From: Selaginella moellendorffii
Lineage: Eukaryota; Plantae; Lycopodiophyta
Length of the DNA stretch: 64,000 nt
NCBI RefSeq assembly: GCF_000143415.4
Contig: NW_003314267.1
Location: forward strand, 296,908 to 360,907
Direction of reading: 5' to 3'
Part shown: one piece after another, positions 14,590 to 27,429 of the stretch
Layout of the letters: every line of letters begins with the position of its first letter
Position numbering within the stretch: position 1 is the stretch's first letter
Made by a program: the position numbers and the translations under genes
The notes under the pieces: model-generated
What the model saw: the letters and a program-made list of their open reading frames with translations, nothing else
What the model was told of the DNA's origin: nothing
Database searches by the model: none

Positions 14590-16070
14590 ATGGGAATAGA
14601 GAATCTCAAGGAAGAGACGGCGCCGACGGTCGCCGAGGATCTTGCGCGCTCGCTCCAGGAATTGGGCATCGATCCCTCGTTCGTTGTCTCGCCGGAGCAT
14701 CGCCCCAGTGGGCAATCGCAGCTAGAATCTCCGATCGAGGAGCGCGGCGGCAGCAACATTCCAATCATCGATTTGGCCGCGCTCGGTGGATCATCGCAGG
14801 CCGGCAAGGACAAGATCGTGGAGGAAATCCGGAGCGCGAGCCAGGAATGGGGGTTTTTCCAGGTAATCAATCACGGGGTGTCACTGGAGCTGCTGAGCGA
14901 TGTGGAGAAGGAGGCTCGGGATTTCTTCGCGCTGCCGCTGGAGGAGAAGAGGAAGATCCGTCGCAGCAGCGTGAATCCTGTCGGCTACTACGAGTCGGAG
15001 CTCACCAAGAACACGCGCGACTGGAAGGAGGTTTTCGATTACGTGGTGAAGAGGAAGGACGATTTCCCATCCGAGTTTAATCTCTTCTTCGAGAACCAGT
15101 GGCCGGAGGGTCGCGAAAAATTCCGGTAAGGCTGGCGCTCTTCTTCCAGATTTTTGGTTTCTTCATGATCTGGGCGTGATCTTCGTTTCTTTGTGAAGAG
15201 ATTCTTGCGAGAAATGGATCAAAGCGGTGGACGAGCTCTCGTTTAAAGTCCTGGAGCTTTTAGCGCTCAGCCTCGGCGTGGATCCCAGGTACTTTTTCGA
15301 GTTCTTCGGCAGGGACAACACCTCGATCATGCGACTCAACTTCTACGCGAAGTGCCCAGTCCCGGATCTTGTTCTCGGCGTGAGCCGCCACAAGGACCAG
15401 GGCGCGCTCACGGTGCTCGTCCAGGACGAAGTTGGCGGCCTCGAGGTGAGACGAAAGGATGGCGAGTGGATTCGAGTCACTCCTCGCAAGGACGCGTTCG
15501 TGATCAACGTTGGGGACCTCATGCAAGTAAGCTATCATCCTCTCCTAGATCATGTTCTTCGTAGAGATCTATGATCTTTCCTTTCGCTAGAAGAAAGAAC
15601 TAGGAAAACTCTATAAAGTTCTCTTCGAGAGTTCTTTCTCTAGGACTCTCGAAGCTATATAGCTCTAGAACTACAAAGAGGTCTGGAGCTAGAGCACTAT
15701 AGAGCATTAGAAACAAGGAAATGCTAGAGAGTCTCTTAGACATTTCCATAGCTTGCACTTTATAGACATTGTCCTTGATCGTGATCTAACAAGGGTTTTC
15801 TTCCAGGTGTGGAGCAATGATCTCTATCACAGCGTGGAGCACCGAGTGGTGGTGAACGAGAACCGCGACCGGTTCTCATCGCCATACTTCATGTTCCCGA
15901 GCTACAAATCCGACATCGCCCCGATCGAAAGCCTCACGGATCCGATCAAGAACCCGCCCAAGTACGCCAAATTCAACTGGGGAGAGTTTGACAAGAACAG
16001 GAAAGACAGCAACTTCAAGCGCTTGGGCGTGGAGAACCTCCAGATCTATCACTACGCCATCAATAATTAG
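14590..16070 (+). CDS. 2-oxoglutarate/Fe(II)-dependent dioxygenase (DOXC; resembles the At3g19000/At3g19010 group); exons 14590-15125, 15199-15526, 15807-16070
   Basis: IPIIDL, WGFFQVINHGV, HKD...H (SVEHRV) iron ligands and RFS 2OG-binding motif; TKNTRDWKEVFD. Canonical splice sites. Confidence 0.92.
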
Positions 16071-16269
16071 TTAGAACTAAGTGGAATGCTTCATCATTAA
16101 TTAATTAGCACTGGGTCTAAATAATAAAGAATATACTATAGATAGAATATTCTCTCTTTTTCTTTTATGTGAATCCAGGAAATTGGGGGAAGTTCTAGGG
16201 CAGGATGGGCTTAGCGCAGGGAAAGATCGCATTCGCTGAGGTGGGCGAGAAGCAGCCGGCGAATCAGGT

Positions 16270-17061
16270 ATGGTAGAGCAATTCCCCGGCGGGCATTTCA
16301 CTCTGGCGCTAGGGTTTAAGCAAGACTCCCTTCTTTCCTCCTACATTCTTTCGATCGTTTGATGATCCAATCCGTGTGTTCTGTGTAGGCTGAGGACGAT
16401 ACTGTGGTTGAAGTAGATGACGAATCGAAGCAGGCGATTGAGGAGGAAGAAGCGAAAGAAGCGAGGAGGACGATCACGGTAGGGTGTGGCTTTTTCTCTT
16501 TTTCTCTTTGCTTCGATGTGGTAGTAACGTTCTATCACAGGTCGCGGACATAAAAACCGCTCCATTCGATATTCGCTTCCCTTCGACCAACCAGACCAAG
16601 CACTGCTACACTCGCTACATCGAGTTCCACAAGTAAGTCGTCTCCAAAATTCGACAAAAGTTCTTGTCTTTTTTTCTACAAAGTTCTCAACTCTGGCTTG
16701 ATTCTTCCTTTTTTTTTTTTTCTTGCGATCTCTTTCTCCAAAATTCTCAAAGTTCTTGCTTGATTTCTCCAAAGTTCTCAAAGTTTTTTTTGAACTTGGG
16801 CTTGATTCTTCCTTGCGATCTTTCTCTCAGGTGCCAGAAGGAAAGGGGCGAGGGTGCTCCGGAATGCCAGAAGTACGCGCGATACTATCGATCGCTGTGT
16901 CCCTCGGAATGGGTAAGCAAGAAAAATAGAAAATCTATAGATCTTTCTTGTTCTTGGCTAAATTTTTCATCCAAGATCTATACTCATTTCTTTCCACCAA
17001 TTGCCAGATCGAGAGATGGAACGAGCAGCGAGCGGATGGTGTGTTTTGTGGGCCTTACTGA
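16270..17061 (+). CDS. COX6B: Cytochrome c oxidase subunit 6b; exons 16270-16272, 16389-16478, 16541-16632, 16831-16912, 17008-17061 (~106 aa)
   Basis: Spliced translation gives [28 protein letters not shown]...ECQKYARYYRSLCPSEWIERWNEQR (Cx9C-Cx10C). Mostly missed by the ORF track. The ATG-only first exon is inferred. Confidence 0.9.
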
Positions 17062-17630
17062 AAGATAAACAATGGTTCTCAATAAACCCTAATGGCTACC
17101 TTTTTCAGTAAAGAATCATAATAACCCTAAGGGCCTTTTTCATTAAAAAAAGGATTCTTTTGTAATTCTTTTTTCTTGGTACTGCCCTAATTACCACCTT
17201 TTGTCTTTGACCCCATATTTTCTAAAGTCACAAGTGGGACATTTAGGTCCACCCCACCAATTGCGGACTGCGCACGTAACCGCGCGTGGGTCGTGGGTCA
17301 AGGCCCCAATCGCGCGGTTCCGCGCGCTGTTCTTGCGGTATAAGCGAGTGAACTTGTCGGGGGCTCCTCGGTCTATCGAGATGGGTGTTGTTGGTCGGAG
17401 TAAAAATCAAAATCTCCACCACGGGATTACCACCACTAATACCGATGGATCCAAAATCCCCACCTCCCCACTGCCAATGTCTCTATCTCTTGTTACTCGT
17501 GGTTGATTCGGTCGTTCGTGGGTCATCGTCTTCCTCCATGGTTGTCCATTGGAACCCATCGCTCTAGCGTAAGTGGCCAATCCTTCCATCGCCAGTGATC
17601 ACTCCACCATCGCCCAAGAACGAGGAGAGA

Positions 17631-20600
17631 ATGCTCCACCATGTCTTCTTGGTGGCCATCTCCGTGCTTGCTCTGGATTCCACTGCTGCCACTGATCTCT
17701 CCTGTGCGTCCGAGCGATCGGCATTGCTGGAGTTTCGAGCCAGGCTAGGCGGCGGCGGCGGCGGCGGTGGAGTGCTCGAGAGCTGGAGCAGCGGTGCCAC
17801 CGTAAGTTCGTCCTGGCGAGGAGTGACGCTGGGAAGCCGGGGCCAGGTAGTCAAGCTCGAGCTCTCGTCGCTGGAGCTCACGGGAGAGCTCTATCCGGTC
17901 TGGGACTTCTTGCCGGCGCTCCAGGTGATGAATCTCTCGCACAACTCGCTAGGTGGTCGCTTGGATTTCTCGAGCTCCTGTGGCGGCGCTGCGCTCGTGT
18001 CCCTGGATCTCAGCTTCAACCGGCTTGCGGGGCCTGTGCGTGAGGAAGTCCGTCGCTTCCAGGCGCTCCAGCTCCTACGCCTCGACCACAATGGCTTGTC
18101 CGGCGAGCTCCCGCGGGGTCTCTTCGAGCTGCGGTCGCTGGTAGCTCTCGATCTCTCCTGGAACAACTTCTCGGGGCCCGTGAGCTCCGACTTTGAGCTC
18201 CTCCGCCGGATGGAGCTCCTCGATCTCTCGCACAACAACTTCTCGGGTGCGTTGCCGGCTTCCAACTTGTCCAGGATGGCCGCATTGGCGAAGCTCGATG
18301 TTTCTTCCAATGCCTTGGACTCGATCAAGGTGGTGGAAATGGGCTTGTTCCAGCAGCTACGAACTCTCGATCTCAGCAGTAACAGCTTCTCTGGAAACCT
18401 CCCGGAGTTTGTGTTCGCCACCACCTCGCTCGAGGTACTTAATCTCTCCTCGAACCAGTTCACCGGGCCTGTCCGAGAGAAAGCTTCTGGCGAGAGGAGG
18501 ATCCGAGTGCTCGATATGGCATCCAATGCCTTGACGGGTGACCTGAGTGGCCTCGTCGGCCTCACGTTGCTGGAGCATCTCAACCTGGCCGGAAACAACC
18601 TCTCTGGAACGATACCGTCGGAGCTTGGACACTTCGCCAACTTAACCATGCTCGATCTCTGTGCCAACGAGTTCCAAGGTGGAATCCCGGACAGCTTCTC
18701 CAACTTGGCCAAGCTCGAGCACCTGAAAGTGTCGAACAACCTGCTCTCGTACATGCCCGACGTTGGCGTCTCTCTTCCGAAGAGCCTCAGAGTTCTCAGT
18801 GCCGGCAGCAATCTCTTCTCGGGGCCACTTCGCGTGTCGTATAACTCCGCTCCGTCCACCTTGGAGGTCTTGTATCTTCCAGAGAACCGCTTCACGGGCC
18901 CGCTTCCACCAGAGCTTGGCCAGCTGAAGAACCTCAAGAAGATCATCCTCAACCAGAACAGCTTCGTAGGGAGCATTCCACCGTCGATAGCGCACTGCCA
19001 GCTCCTGGAAGAGATATGGATCAACAGCAATCTTCTCACAGGTCACATACCCCCGGAGCTCTTCACGCTCAAGCATCTCCGAGCGCTTGTTCTGGCCAAC
19101 AACAGCTTGTCCGGCTCTCCAGTCCCCCTGGGTATTTCGCAGTCCAAGACACTCGAGGTGCTGTGGCTGGAGCAGAACAACTTCTCGGGCCCGATATCTT
19201 CCGAGGTTGGCCAACTTTCCAATCTTCTCATGCTGTCGCTCGCCTCCAACAAGTTGACGGGACACATACCTGCGTCTCTCGGCAAGCTGACTAATCTCGT
19301 CGGCCTGGACCTCGGCTTAAACGCTCTCTCGGGACGTATACCGGACGAGCTAGCAGACCTCTCTTCCATCCAGTTTCTTTTCTTGAGTGGAAACCGGATG
19401 GAGCAGCGGATACCGGGATGGATTGGTAACTTGTCCAGGCTCCGGGCCGTGGATCTGTCCTTCAATAGATTCAGCGGGAGTATTCCGACGGCCTGGAGTA
19501 ACTCCACGCTAACGAGCCTGTCTCCCAGGTACTCGGACAAACCTCCATCGGCACTCGTCTACAACAACGAGGGACAGAGATTTATCGGCTATGCTTTGCC
19601 GACCACCCTGGACTTCTCGCATAACGAGCTCGTTGGAGGCATTCCCGCTGAGCTGGGAGCGTTGAGGAACTTGCAAATACTGAACTTGAGCCACAACAGG
19701 CTCCAGGGAAGTATTCCTCCGTCTCTGGGAAACGTGCCTGCTCTGCTGAAGCTCGACTTGTCCAGGAACAATCTCACCGGCACTATTCCACAAGCGTTGT
19801 GCAAGCTGACGTTCCTGTCCGACTTGGATCTCTCGGACAACCATCTGAAAGGTGCCATCCCGAGCTCCACCCAGTTTCAGACGTTTGGCAACTCTTCGTT
19901 CGCTGGCAATCCAGACCTTTGCGGAGCTCCACTCCCAGAATGCCGTCTGGAGCAGGACGAAGCTCGCTCGGACATTGGAACAATCTCTGCTGTCCAGAAA
20001 CTGATTCCTCTGTACGTCGTAATTGCTGGAAGCCTCGGATTCTGCGGCTTCTGGGTGCTCTTCATCATCCTGATACGGAAACGTCAAAAGCTACTCTCGC
20101 AGGAGGAAGACGAGGATGAATACAGCAAGAAAAAGCGTTACCTCAACTCCTCGGAAGTGTCCAACATGAGCGAAGGCGTAGCTTGGATCCATCCGAACGA
20201 GCTGATGTCTGCAACGAGCAACTACAGCCATGCAAACATCATAGGTGACGGGGGCTTCGGAATAGTGTACAAGGCGATTCTAGCGGATGGATCGGCCGTA
20301 GCGGTGAAGAAGTTGATAACAGACGGAGGATTTGGGATGCAGGGGGAGCGAGAGTTCCTTGCCGAGATGCAGACGCTGGGAAAAATAAAGCATAAGAACC
20401 TGGTGTGCCTCAAAGGATACTCTTGCGACGGAAAGGACAGGATACTGGTGTATAAGTACCTCAAGAACGGGAACCTCGACACCTGGTTGCACTGTCGGGA
20501 TGCCGGAGTGAAGCCTCTGGACTGGAAGACGCGCTTCCACATAATCCTCGGAGCAGCTCGAGGCATTACTTTCCTCCACCACGAGTGCTTCCCTCCCATC

Positions 20601-21179
20601 GTCCACAGAGACATCAAGGCCAGCAACATCCTTCTCGACGAAGACTTCCAGGCTCATGTTGCGGACTTTGGCCTTGCGAGGTTGATGAGAGACGCTGGCG
20701 ATACTCATGTCTCCACCGACGTTGCCGGGACCGTTGGCTACATTCCACCGGAGTATAACAGCTCGTGCATGGCCACCATGCGCGGAGACGTCTACAGCTT
20801 CGGCGTTGTCGTTCTCGAGACCATCATGGGGAAGCGTCCCACGGACAAAGGTTTCCGGAGAGCTGGAGGCATCGGTCATTTGGCTGGAGAGCGCGTCACA
20901 GTCCAGGAGCTCCAGTCGGCCATCGACGCGGCCATGCTAGCCGAAAACACCACCGCCAGCCCCACGAACGCTGCAGAAGTTTCGGCAGAGATTCTCGAGG
21001 TGATGAAGATAGCCTGTTTGTGCTGCGTCGATAAACCAGGCAAGCGACCCGAGATGACGCACGTCGTGAGGATGCTGGAAGGCGTGGAAAGGCGACACTC
21101 GAACGGTGCGTCCAATCTTGTAAGTCCACCGTCTGTAGACGGAGGGTCTAAGCACTTCCTGAATAATGTAGAGACTTGA
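17631..21179 (+). CDS. LRR receptor-like kinase, subfamily X (PSKR/PSY1R/EMS1-like), intronless
   Basis: Signal peptide, many LxxLxLSxNxLSGxIP repeats interrupted by an island region (~19490-19600), GNPDLCG cap, TM helix, kinase with GDGGFG, VAVKKL, HRDIKASN, DFG and HVSTDVAGTVGYIPPEY. Confidence 0.92.
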   Translation: MLHHVFLVAISVLALDSTAATDLSCASERSALLEFRARLGGGGGGGGVLESWSSGATVSSSWRGVTLGSRGQVVKLELSSLELTGELYPVWDFLPALQVMNLSHNSLGGRLDFSSSCGGAALVSLDLSFNRLAGPVREEVRRFQALQLLRLDHNGLSGELPRGLFELRSLVALDLSWNNFSGPVSSDFELLRRMELLDLSHNNFSGALPASNLSRMAALAKLDVSSNALDSIKVVEMGLFQQLRTLDLSSNSFSGNLPEFVFATTSLEVLNLSSNQFTGPVREKASGERRIRVLDMASNALTGDLSGLVGLTLLEHLNLAGNNLSGTIPSELGHFANLTMLDLCANEFQGGIPDSFSNLAKLEHLKVSNNLLSYMPDVGVSLPKSLRVLSAGSNLFSGPLRVSYNSAPSTLEVLYLPENRFTGPLPPELGQLKNLKKIILNQNSFVGSIPPSIAHCQLLEEIWINSNLLTGHIPPELFTLKHLRALVLANNSLSGSPVPLGISQSKTLEVLWLEQNNFSGPISSEVGQLSNLLMLSLASNKLTGHIPASLGKLTNLVGLDLGLNALSGRIPDELADLSSIQFLFLSGNRMEQRIPGWIGNLSRLRAVDLSFNRFSGSIPTAWSNSTLTSLSPRYSDKPPSALVYNNEGQRFIGYALPTTLDFSHNELVGGIPAELGALRNLQILNLSHNRLQGSIPPSLGNVPALLKLDLSRNNLTGTIPQALCKLTFLSDLDLSDNHLKGAIPSSTQFQTFGNSSFAGNPDLCGAPLPECRLEQDEARSDIGTISAVQKLIPLYVVIAGSLGFCGFWVLFIILIRKRQKLLSQEEDEDEYSKKKRYLNSSEVSNMSEGVAWIHPNELMSATSNYSHANIIGDGGFGIVYKAILADGSAVAVKKLITDGGFGMQGEREFLAEMQTLGKIKHKNLVCLKGYSCDGKDRILVYKYLKNGNLDTWLHCRDAGVKPLDWKTRFHIILGAARGITFLHHECFPPIVHRDIKASNILLDEDFQAHVADFGLARLMRDAGDTHVSTDVAGTVGYIPPEYNSSCMATMRGDVYSFGVVVLETIMGKRPTDKGFRRAGGIGHLAGERVTVQELQSAIDAAMLAENTTASPTNAAEVSAEILEVMKIACLCCVDKPGKRPEMTHVVRMLEGVERRHSNGASNLVSPPSVDGGSKHFLNNVET

Positions 21180-21397
21180 GAATGAAAAGGATGTGTGAAA
21201 TTGAGTACGAGCTTACCATGACATTCCCCATGCCCTTGAGGGACGAGCAGACAGACATCCAACCAACGCATGGCCGAGATTGTCTTTGAATAAGTAAACA
21301 AGACACAGCTTTAGAGAAAAACAAAAGAGAAGTTTTAGTTTGACAGTGTCACCTGTGCACTCGAGTGTATACATGTACAAACAGCCTCTGAGTGGGA

Positions 21398-22899
21398 TTA
21401 GATGCTGTTCATTACTTTCTCCTCAGTGTTCTCCCACTTCTGCTTGTCCTGGTTAGTACAGGCATGCTGGTACGCTGGTTCTGCAAAGCTGCTAACTCAC
21501 GTACACGAGCAAGAATTGGTTGAGGTATAGAAACTGCAAAATGTTTCTTTTTGTTGTGCTCCGCCTTTTATCACAACCAAAAACTGGATCAGACCAAAAG
21601 TGCACGAAGGGAAAAAATACATTGAAGGTACCTGCTGCTGCTTTGAAGTAAAGTGGACACGACTTGCTCTGAGTAGGTTCCTCCATTTATCCTGAGAACT
21701 TCGCCATGAGCAAGAGTCAAGGAAAAGAAAAACTTTACCTTCAAGTCAACAGCCGTGCGGTATGATACAGATGAAAACTCGAGCTTCTTGATGTCCGCCC
21801 ACTTCCCTCCACCACAGCGAGCGACCCCTTCGACGAGTATCATAACTTCACGTAGCGTCCAGGGACGATGATGTTTTCTCCTAGTACCTCCATTCGGTGT
21901 TGGAACAGTCTCCACATGCTCCCCAGAAAAATCCAACTCACAATCTTCTCCACCCATGCTTTGCACATCTTCGTAGTCTTCAAGCATTTGATCCATACCA
22001 CCTTCCAGATCGGAGTAACTTTCCTGAACGGAAACACAATGTTCTTCACAAGGCAAAATCTCAAAGGCTGAAAGAACCTTGTCTGAAGAAGACATTGTCT
22101 TCTCTTTGCTGGACCCGATGCTGGGACCGCGCTTGCGGGACGACCAGGCGAGTCGCGCAATTTTAGAGGCCTTGCGCTCAGCCTTTAGTTTCTGTGCGAT
22201 CAGAGAGTTTTAATCTACAAAACTTAGAGAATCAACAAAAACTCGCAAGAAAGCTAAAGCATACCATCATGCTGCTGCGGCGACCGCCGTAAGACACTGC
22301 CGCTTGAGTTGGAGACTCAAACTCCGGGTACTCGATATCGCTGCCACTGTCAAGCTTCTCAGTTATATCCCGGTGAGACTTTGCTCCATCACACGAATCA
22401 GTTCCATCGGACACCAGCCTGTGAAGCTCTGACGTGAAGTAGAGGTTGTCCGTCTCATCTTCGATGTATCGCCGGTTTGGTTTCCTCTTTCTCTTCCCTT
22501 CGACGTTCCTCGCGGCAACAGAAAAGTAAACTTCGCCGGACACGGTAGAGGGATGAACCGTTTCATCGTTGCTAAGAACTTCTTGGCCCCGTGTGGAGTG
22601 AACGCCAGCCTTTTCTTTCACATTCCTGGAACTAACGTCGTCACCGTGTTTCACCACGGCTAAAGTAGCAATCTCGTGAAGATTTTCCCTCTCGGCGAAA
22701 CACTCCACTTGCAAGTCATCGTCCTCGGCCGAAGGAAGCACCGATCCATCATCTCCAACCTGAGATTAAATTCTCTTTAAGGACAAAAAGAAAATTTAAA
22801 ATGCTCAACGGGAAGAAGAGGAGAGAAAGAACTTGCCCTCACTAGCTTGTAGACGAGGCGATCGAGCGAAATTTCACCGGCATTCTCAATCCTCTCCAT
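21398..22899 (-). CDS. TRF-like (telobox Myb) protein, TRFL3/6/8-like, multi-exon
   Basis: N-terminal YKLVR|VGDDGSVLPSAEDDD; RKRKPNRRYIE; Myb domain RRKHHRPWTLREV..LVEGV..GGGKWADIKK..RTAVDLK|DKWRNLLRAS; C-terminal IPQPILARVRELA; stop at 21398-21400. Confidence 0.85.
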
Positions 22900-25085
22900 C
22901 GGCGCCAGGGCGTGACCTTGAATCTCAAGTTCCGGGCATCGCGCAGCTTCATCCCTGCGCTGATCCATACCTGGCGCGCGGCGCTCCCCAAAATCACCTC
23001 GAGATCGCGGAAAGAATGTGCAGTTCCAGCCAGCGCCTTCGGATCCTGGGCCAAGAACAACCGTAAAATGGACAACCACGTGGACAGAAAAATGGATGAA
23101 CCCTAAAAACCGTGATAAGAAATATCGTTTAGAGATTAGGGCTAGCATAATCTTTGACAAAACTTGACCTTTTTTACCAGTATTGACTTGTCCTTTTTTC
23201 CGCCTTTTTTCTCTCTGCCTCCGATCAGATCATCCTAGAGGCATTTAAACCGTATAGCCAGACAAGGCTTTCACGGCCTCTGCCATTCTTTTGGCGATTA
23301 GCACGTAATGTTCTTCGATCGTACGAGCCAGCTTTGAAAATTTGGCGAGCACAAACTCAACGAAAGCGCTACGCACACCCTTAAATCTTTTCTACCCTTT
23401 CCTCCATCCAATTTTCACCTCGTTTCTTATTCGATCCTGGCGTCCAGCTCGCTCGCCAGGAGATAAAACTGGGCCAAGCCTCTGGATCCAGCACGATGGC
23501 AACGAGGTAGAGGGTTCCATATCTCCTTTTTTACCACTTCTTTTTACAGCTCCTTTTGTCTGGGTGGTGGTAAATTTCTTGGCGCATCTCGATGCATCGC
23601 AGGGTGGCAGCAGCAGGTAGGGGGTCATTATATTGCTGATCTTGCCAATCTCTCATACCATATGATCGTACCATCACCTTCATTCAATTAGACATTGACC
23701 GCTTCTATTCTATCAAAAAGTCCAAAGAGATCAAATTTGGCAAGAATTCATATGAATTTTATCCATGATATTCGAAAACATCCATCCAAAACGGCATTTC
23801 TAAATCTTTTGGTCTCGGACTTTCATGTGTGAGCGCCCCGAGACTATATGAATGAATATTCTATTCATTGACAATATATCTTCTATTTTTATTTTGTGCC
23901 TTTTGCCCGGGAGGGGCATTTATTCGCCATAACCACAAGCCACATGCAAATGCAGTACCTTGAAGGCAGCGTCCGGATCGCGCCACGTCGGACGCGGCGG
24001 CGACGTGGCAGCCCAGCTGACGTCGATGGCGGGAATATTCGGCCCATTTGAAAAAAAGGGGCAGGGATCTGATCTGGATCGTTTCCTGGCGATTGTGTTT
24101 TGGAGAATTTAAGATGGGAGGGCCACACACACTGGCTCGCCATTGATCGCGACGACTGCTGCTTTGTACGCTTGCTTCCAGCGAATTCAATCGCGCAGAT
24201 TCGTGAAAGCAAATCCAAAAGCCCACAAACAGTAAAGAATTGGGGGGAAAATTGGCCATGTCGTGAATCGCGATCAGGAGGAATGAAGAGAAAATAAAGA
24301 AGAAAAAAAAAACTGGATCCAACCGCAACTTAAATGTGCGCACTCTCGCCACGAAGAGTGGTGTATTTATACAGGGGAATGTGAGTGTGTCGATTGCTTG
24401 CTTGCGTATGGCACTGTTCTTCGTGGCGTAGAAAGGAAGAACAGTCTTTGCTTGCTTGGTTTGCTTGAGCCTTGAATTGCTGGAAGGAATGAGGAGGAAC
24501 ACACCGTTTTAGAGCTCTATACTGTATAGAGTGTATGTATGTCCTTGAGATTCTCTATTGGTGCCATTCTCTATTCTATTCTACTGGATTCGCTTGCAGG
24601 AAACGTATGTAGCAAGCACGAACAGTAAGTATCGCAACTGGGCATCGTAAAATTCCCGTTTTCTCGTTCCAATTCTCCCCGTATCTAGAGGACGGATCGT
24701 CGAAATCGATGTGTGCTTTGATATTGGCATGATTCAATCCCATGACACCATCTACAAACACCGAAAAGAGAAGCTTTACGAAGGTCTAGCAAAGTTCTTC
24801 TCGCGAAAGAGAAGCCTTACGAAGATCTAGCAAAAATTTCGTGGCATGGACGAGCAAAGGGTGCTGGCATTGGATTGAGTCGCGCCAATATCATGTGATT
24901 GCGTTGTGATCATAGAAGTGGAAGAAAGGAATAATTTTTTTTTCTAGTCATTTTATTCGTGTGGGGTGGTTTCGTTAAAAATGGCGAACGAAGAACAAAG
25001 GAGAGCGGTCGTCACTGTCAATGACTTCTCTCTATGTCCCCCTCGGTTAGGTCACCAGGAGCCCTAATTTCCCTGGGCAGGATCC

Positions 25086-27174
25086 ATGGCGCCATGGCAG
25101 CTGCCGCTGCTACCGATCCTCTCGATGCTGCTGCTCCTGGCAGCGCGATCTGCGAGCTCGCGGCCTCTGGAGGAGCAGGAGGAGGCGGATGCCGCGGTGG
25201 AGCTCACCAAGAACAGCTTCAATCAAACGCTCTGGGCGGCTCCGGCCACTTTCGCGCTCGTTGAGTTCTACGCTCACTGGTAAGCTTAGAGCTCGCAATC
25301 ACGAGTTTCTCACGAGGATTTTGCTCCAGGTGCCCGGTGTGTAGGATTTATAAGGTGGAGTTTTGAAAAATTTTCTTTGTCTTTGTGGTTTGACACGAGC
25401 TTGCAATCGCAGCCTCAATACAGCAAAGTCGCGAAGCTCTTCAATGGAAGAACTGCTGTTCATCCCGGAGAGGTTTTCATGGGCAAGGTCGACTGCGCAG
25501 AGGATGTAAGCTTCACTACCAGTAGAGGAAGAGAAACTTATCGACTTGTTTGTTCACTTGCAGGCCAACACTCCCATTTGCAGGAGATTTCAAGTGGATC
25601 ACTATCCTTCTCTGTACTGGGGTCATCCCGGAAAGCTTGCCTGGGAGAGCTTCGACCCAAAGGATTCGAAGGCTAGCAATGGAATAGAGCTGATACCAAA
25701 AACTCCAAGAACAGCCGAGGCGTTACTAGCTTGGATCAACGAGCGCATTGGAAAGTATGTCAAAGTTTTGTGTTTCTAAAGTTTTGTGTTTGTATTCGAA
25801 GTTATCGTTTTGCTAACTCTGGCTTTTCCTTCCAGATCTTATACGCTGAATGACGAAGCTCGGGAAACTACACGTGCGAGTATAGTCGAGCAGATCCAGG
25901 TAGCTCTTGGTTTTCTCGGTGTTTGCTATGCTAAGGTTCCTTTTCCTTTGGTGATATCTGGTAGCAAAGCCGATGATGTCCCTCTACGATATTGAGGAGT
26001 CGACAGCGCTTTCATACAAGTTTATCTTACAAAGCGAAGTAGGAAAGGCTTTCAATTGAAAAAATGATCTTCTAACTGCGTTTCATTTAGATGCTGAATG
26101 CAAAAACTCGTGCATCTTTTTTACATTTTTTGCAGCTTCTTGCCGTCCACCATCCGTCAAAAAGGTGTTTTTCTTGTCTTTCAGATGGAAATGAGAATAT
26201 TTACATTTTCTTTCAGGTGTCGTGAGGGGAGTGCAAACATTCTAGTCCATTTTGAAGACATTTGGCTTGCTGGCGAAAATGCAAAGCCAAATGGCGACTT
26301 GCTAATGCGTTTACAGATTTGTGGCGAAAGAACAAGCACCGATGAGTGGATAACATGCCGTGGGAGCAAAAACTATACTCGCGGCTACAGGTCTGATCCC
26401 CGGTGGCTTTCATATGTACTGACGTCAATTTACATGCAGCTGTGGACTCTGGCTTTTGTTTCATGCATTGTCTGTCCGTGTAGAAGATTCGGAGAGCAAA
26501 ACAGCCATACAAACTATTCGTGATTTTATAGCAAGTTTTTTCAACTGTGAAGATTGTCGCGACCATTTCTTGACGATGAGCACGAGGTAGACTTTTTCTA
26601 ATAGTCATTCTAGAATCATCCCTTCTGACATGCAATGGTTGGTTCTGATGCGCAAGTGCTGCCGATTCTATCAACTCGCGGCGCGATCTGGTACTTTGGT
26701 TCTGGCGCGCACACAACCAGGTTGGCTCTCTTTGCATGCAAGAGTAGAAATGGAACTCAACTTTTTCCTCCGTACAGGTTAACAAAAGAGTTGGAGACGC
26801 AGAAGCAGAGTCCAAGACTGGCGATCCCAAGTTCCCAAAGCAGCAGTGGCCTCCGAAAGAACTCTGTACAGCATGCAAGAAAGACGGGNNNNNNNNNNNN
26901 NNNNNNNNNNNNNNNNNNNNNNNNNNNNNNNNNNNNNNNNNNNNNNNNNNNNNNNNNNNNNNNNNNNNNNNNNNNNNNNNNNNNNNNNCCGGAGGAAAAG
27001 CTCGACGCAGCGTTGCGAAAGTCATCCAAAGCCGAAGTGGCGGTACCGGACGAGAGCTCCAGCACCAGCCGTGTAGCAGTACCAATCGGAGCAGCTTTCG
27101 GGATCGGGATGGCGAGCTGTGGCTTTGGAATCGTGGCTTGCTTTTGGAGAATGCAGCAAAAGAGAAAAAAGTAA
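25086..27174 (+). CDS. QSOX: Quiescin-sulfhydryl oxidase (thioredoxin + Erv/ALR domains), many small exons, spans an assembly gap
   Basis: Signal peptide; VEFYAHW|CPVC (CxxC on a 25-nt micro-exon, 25330-25354); CRGSK..RGY|CGLW.LFH; FNCEDCRDHF; LWFWRAHNQ; C-terminal TM followed by a basic tail. Confidence 0.9.
26889..26988. other. Assembly gap (100 N) inside QSOX
   Basis: Run of N. Confidence 1.
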
Positions 27175-27429
27175 ACACGCAACTTTCTCTTGTTCTTCCC
27201 TCTTCACTCGAATTGAACGGGTTGCCGGTTTTATATCTCGCAGGCTTTTGCGGAGGCGAGTGTGATGTTGTGGATCTCGAATTTAGAGGTATATATTACC
27301 CATTCTTTCTTTTTTGAGGCAAGGGAAAGCAGTGGTGACTAATTCTTATCATGTATTCTACTTATATACTTGAATGGAAATTTTACCGAGCTCGGACGAC
27401 AAGGTTGGCAAGCTTTCGTGTTTTCTTTT

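Noticed and set aside
23720-23742. miR393-like sequence TCCAAAGAGATC
   Set aside because: Too many mismatches to miR393 and no complementary arm seen.
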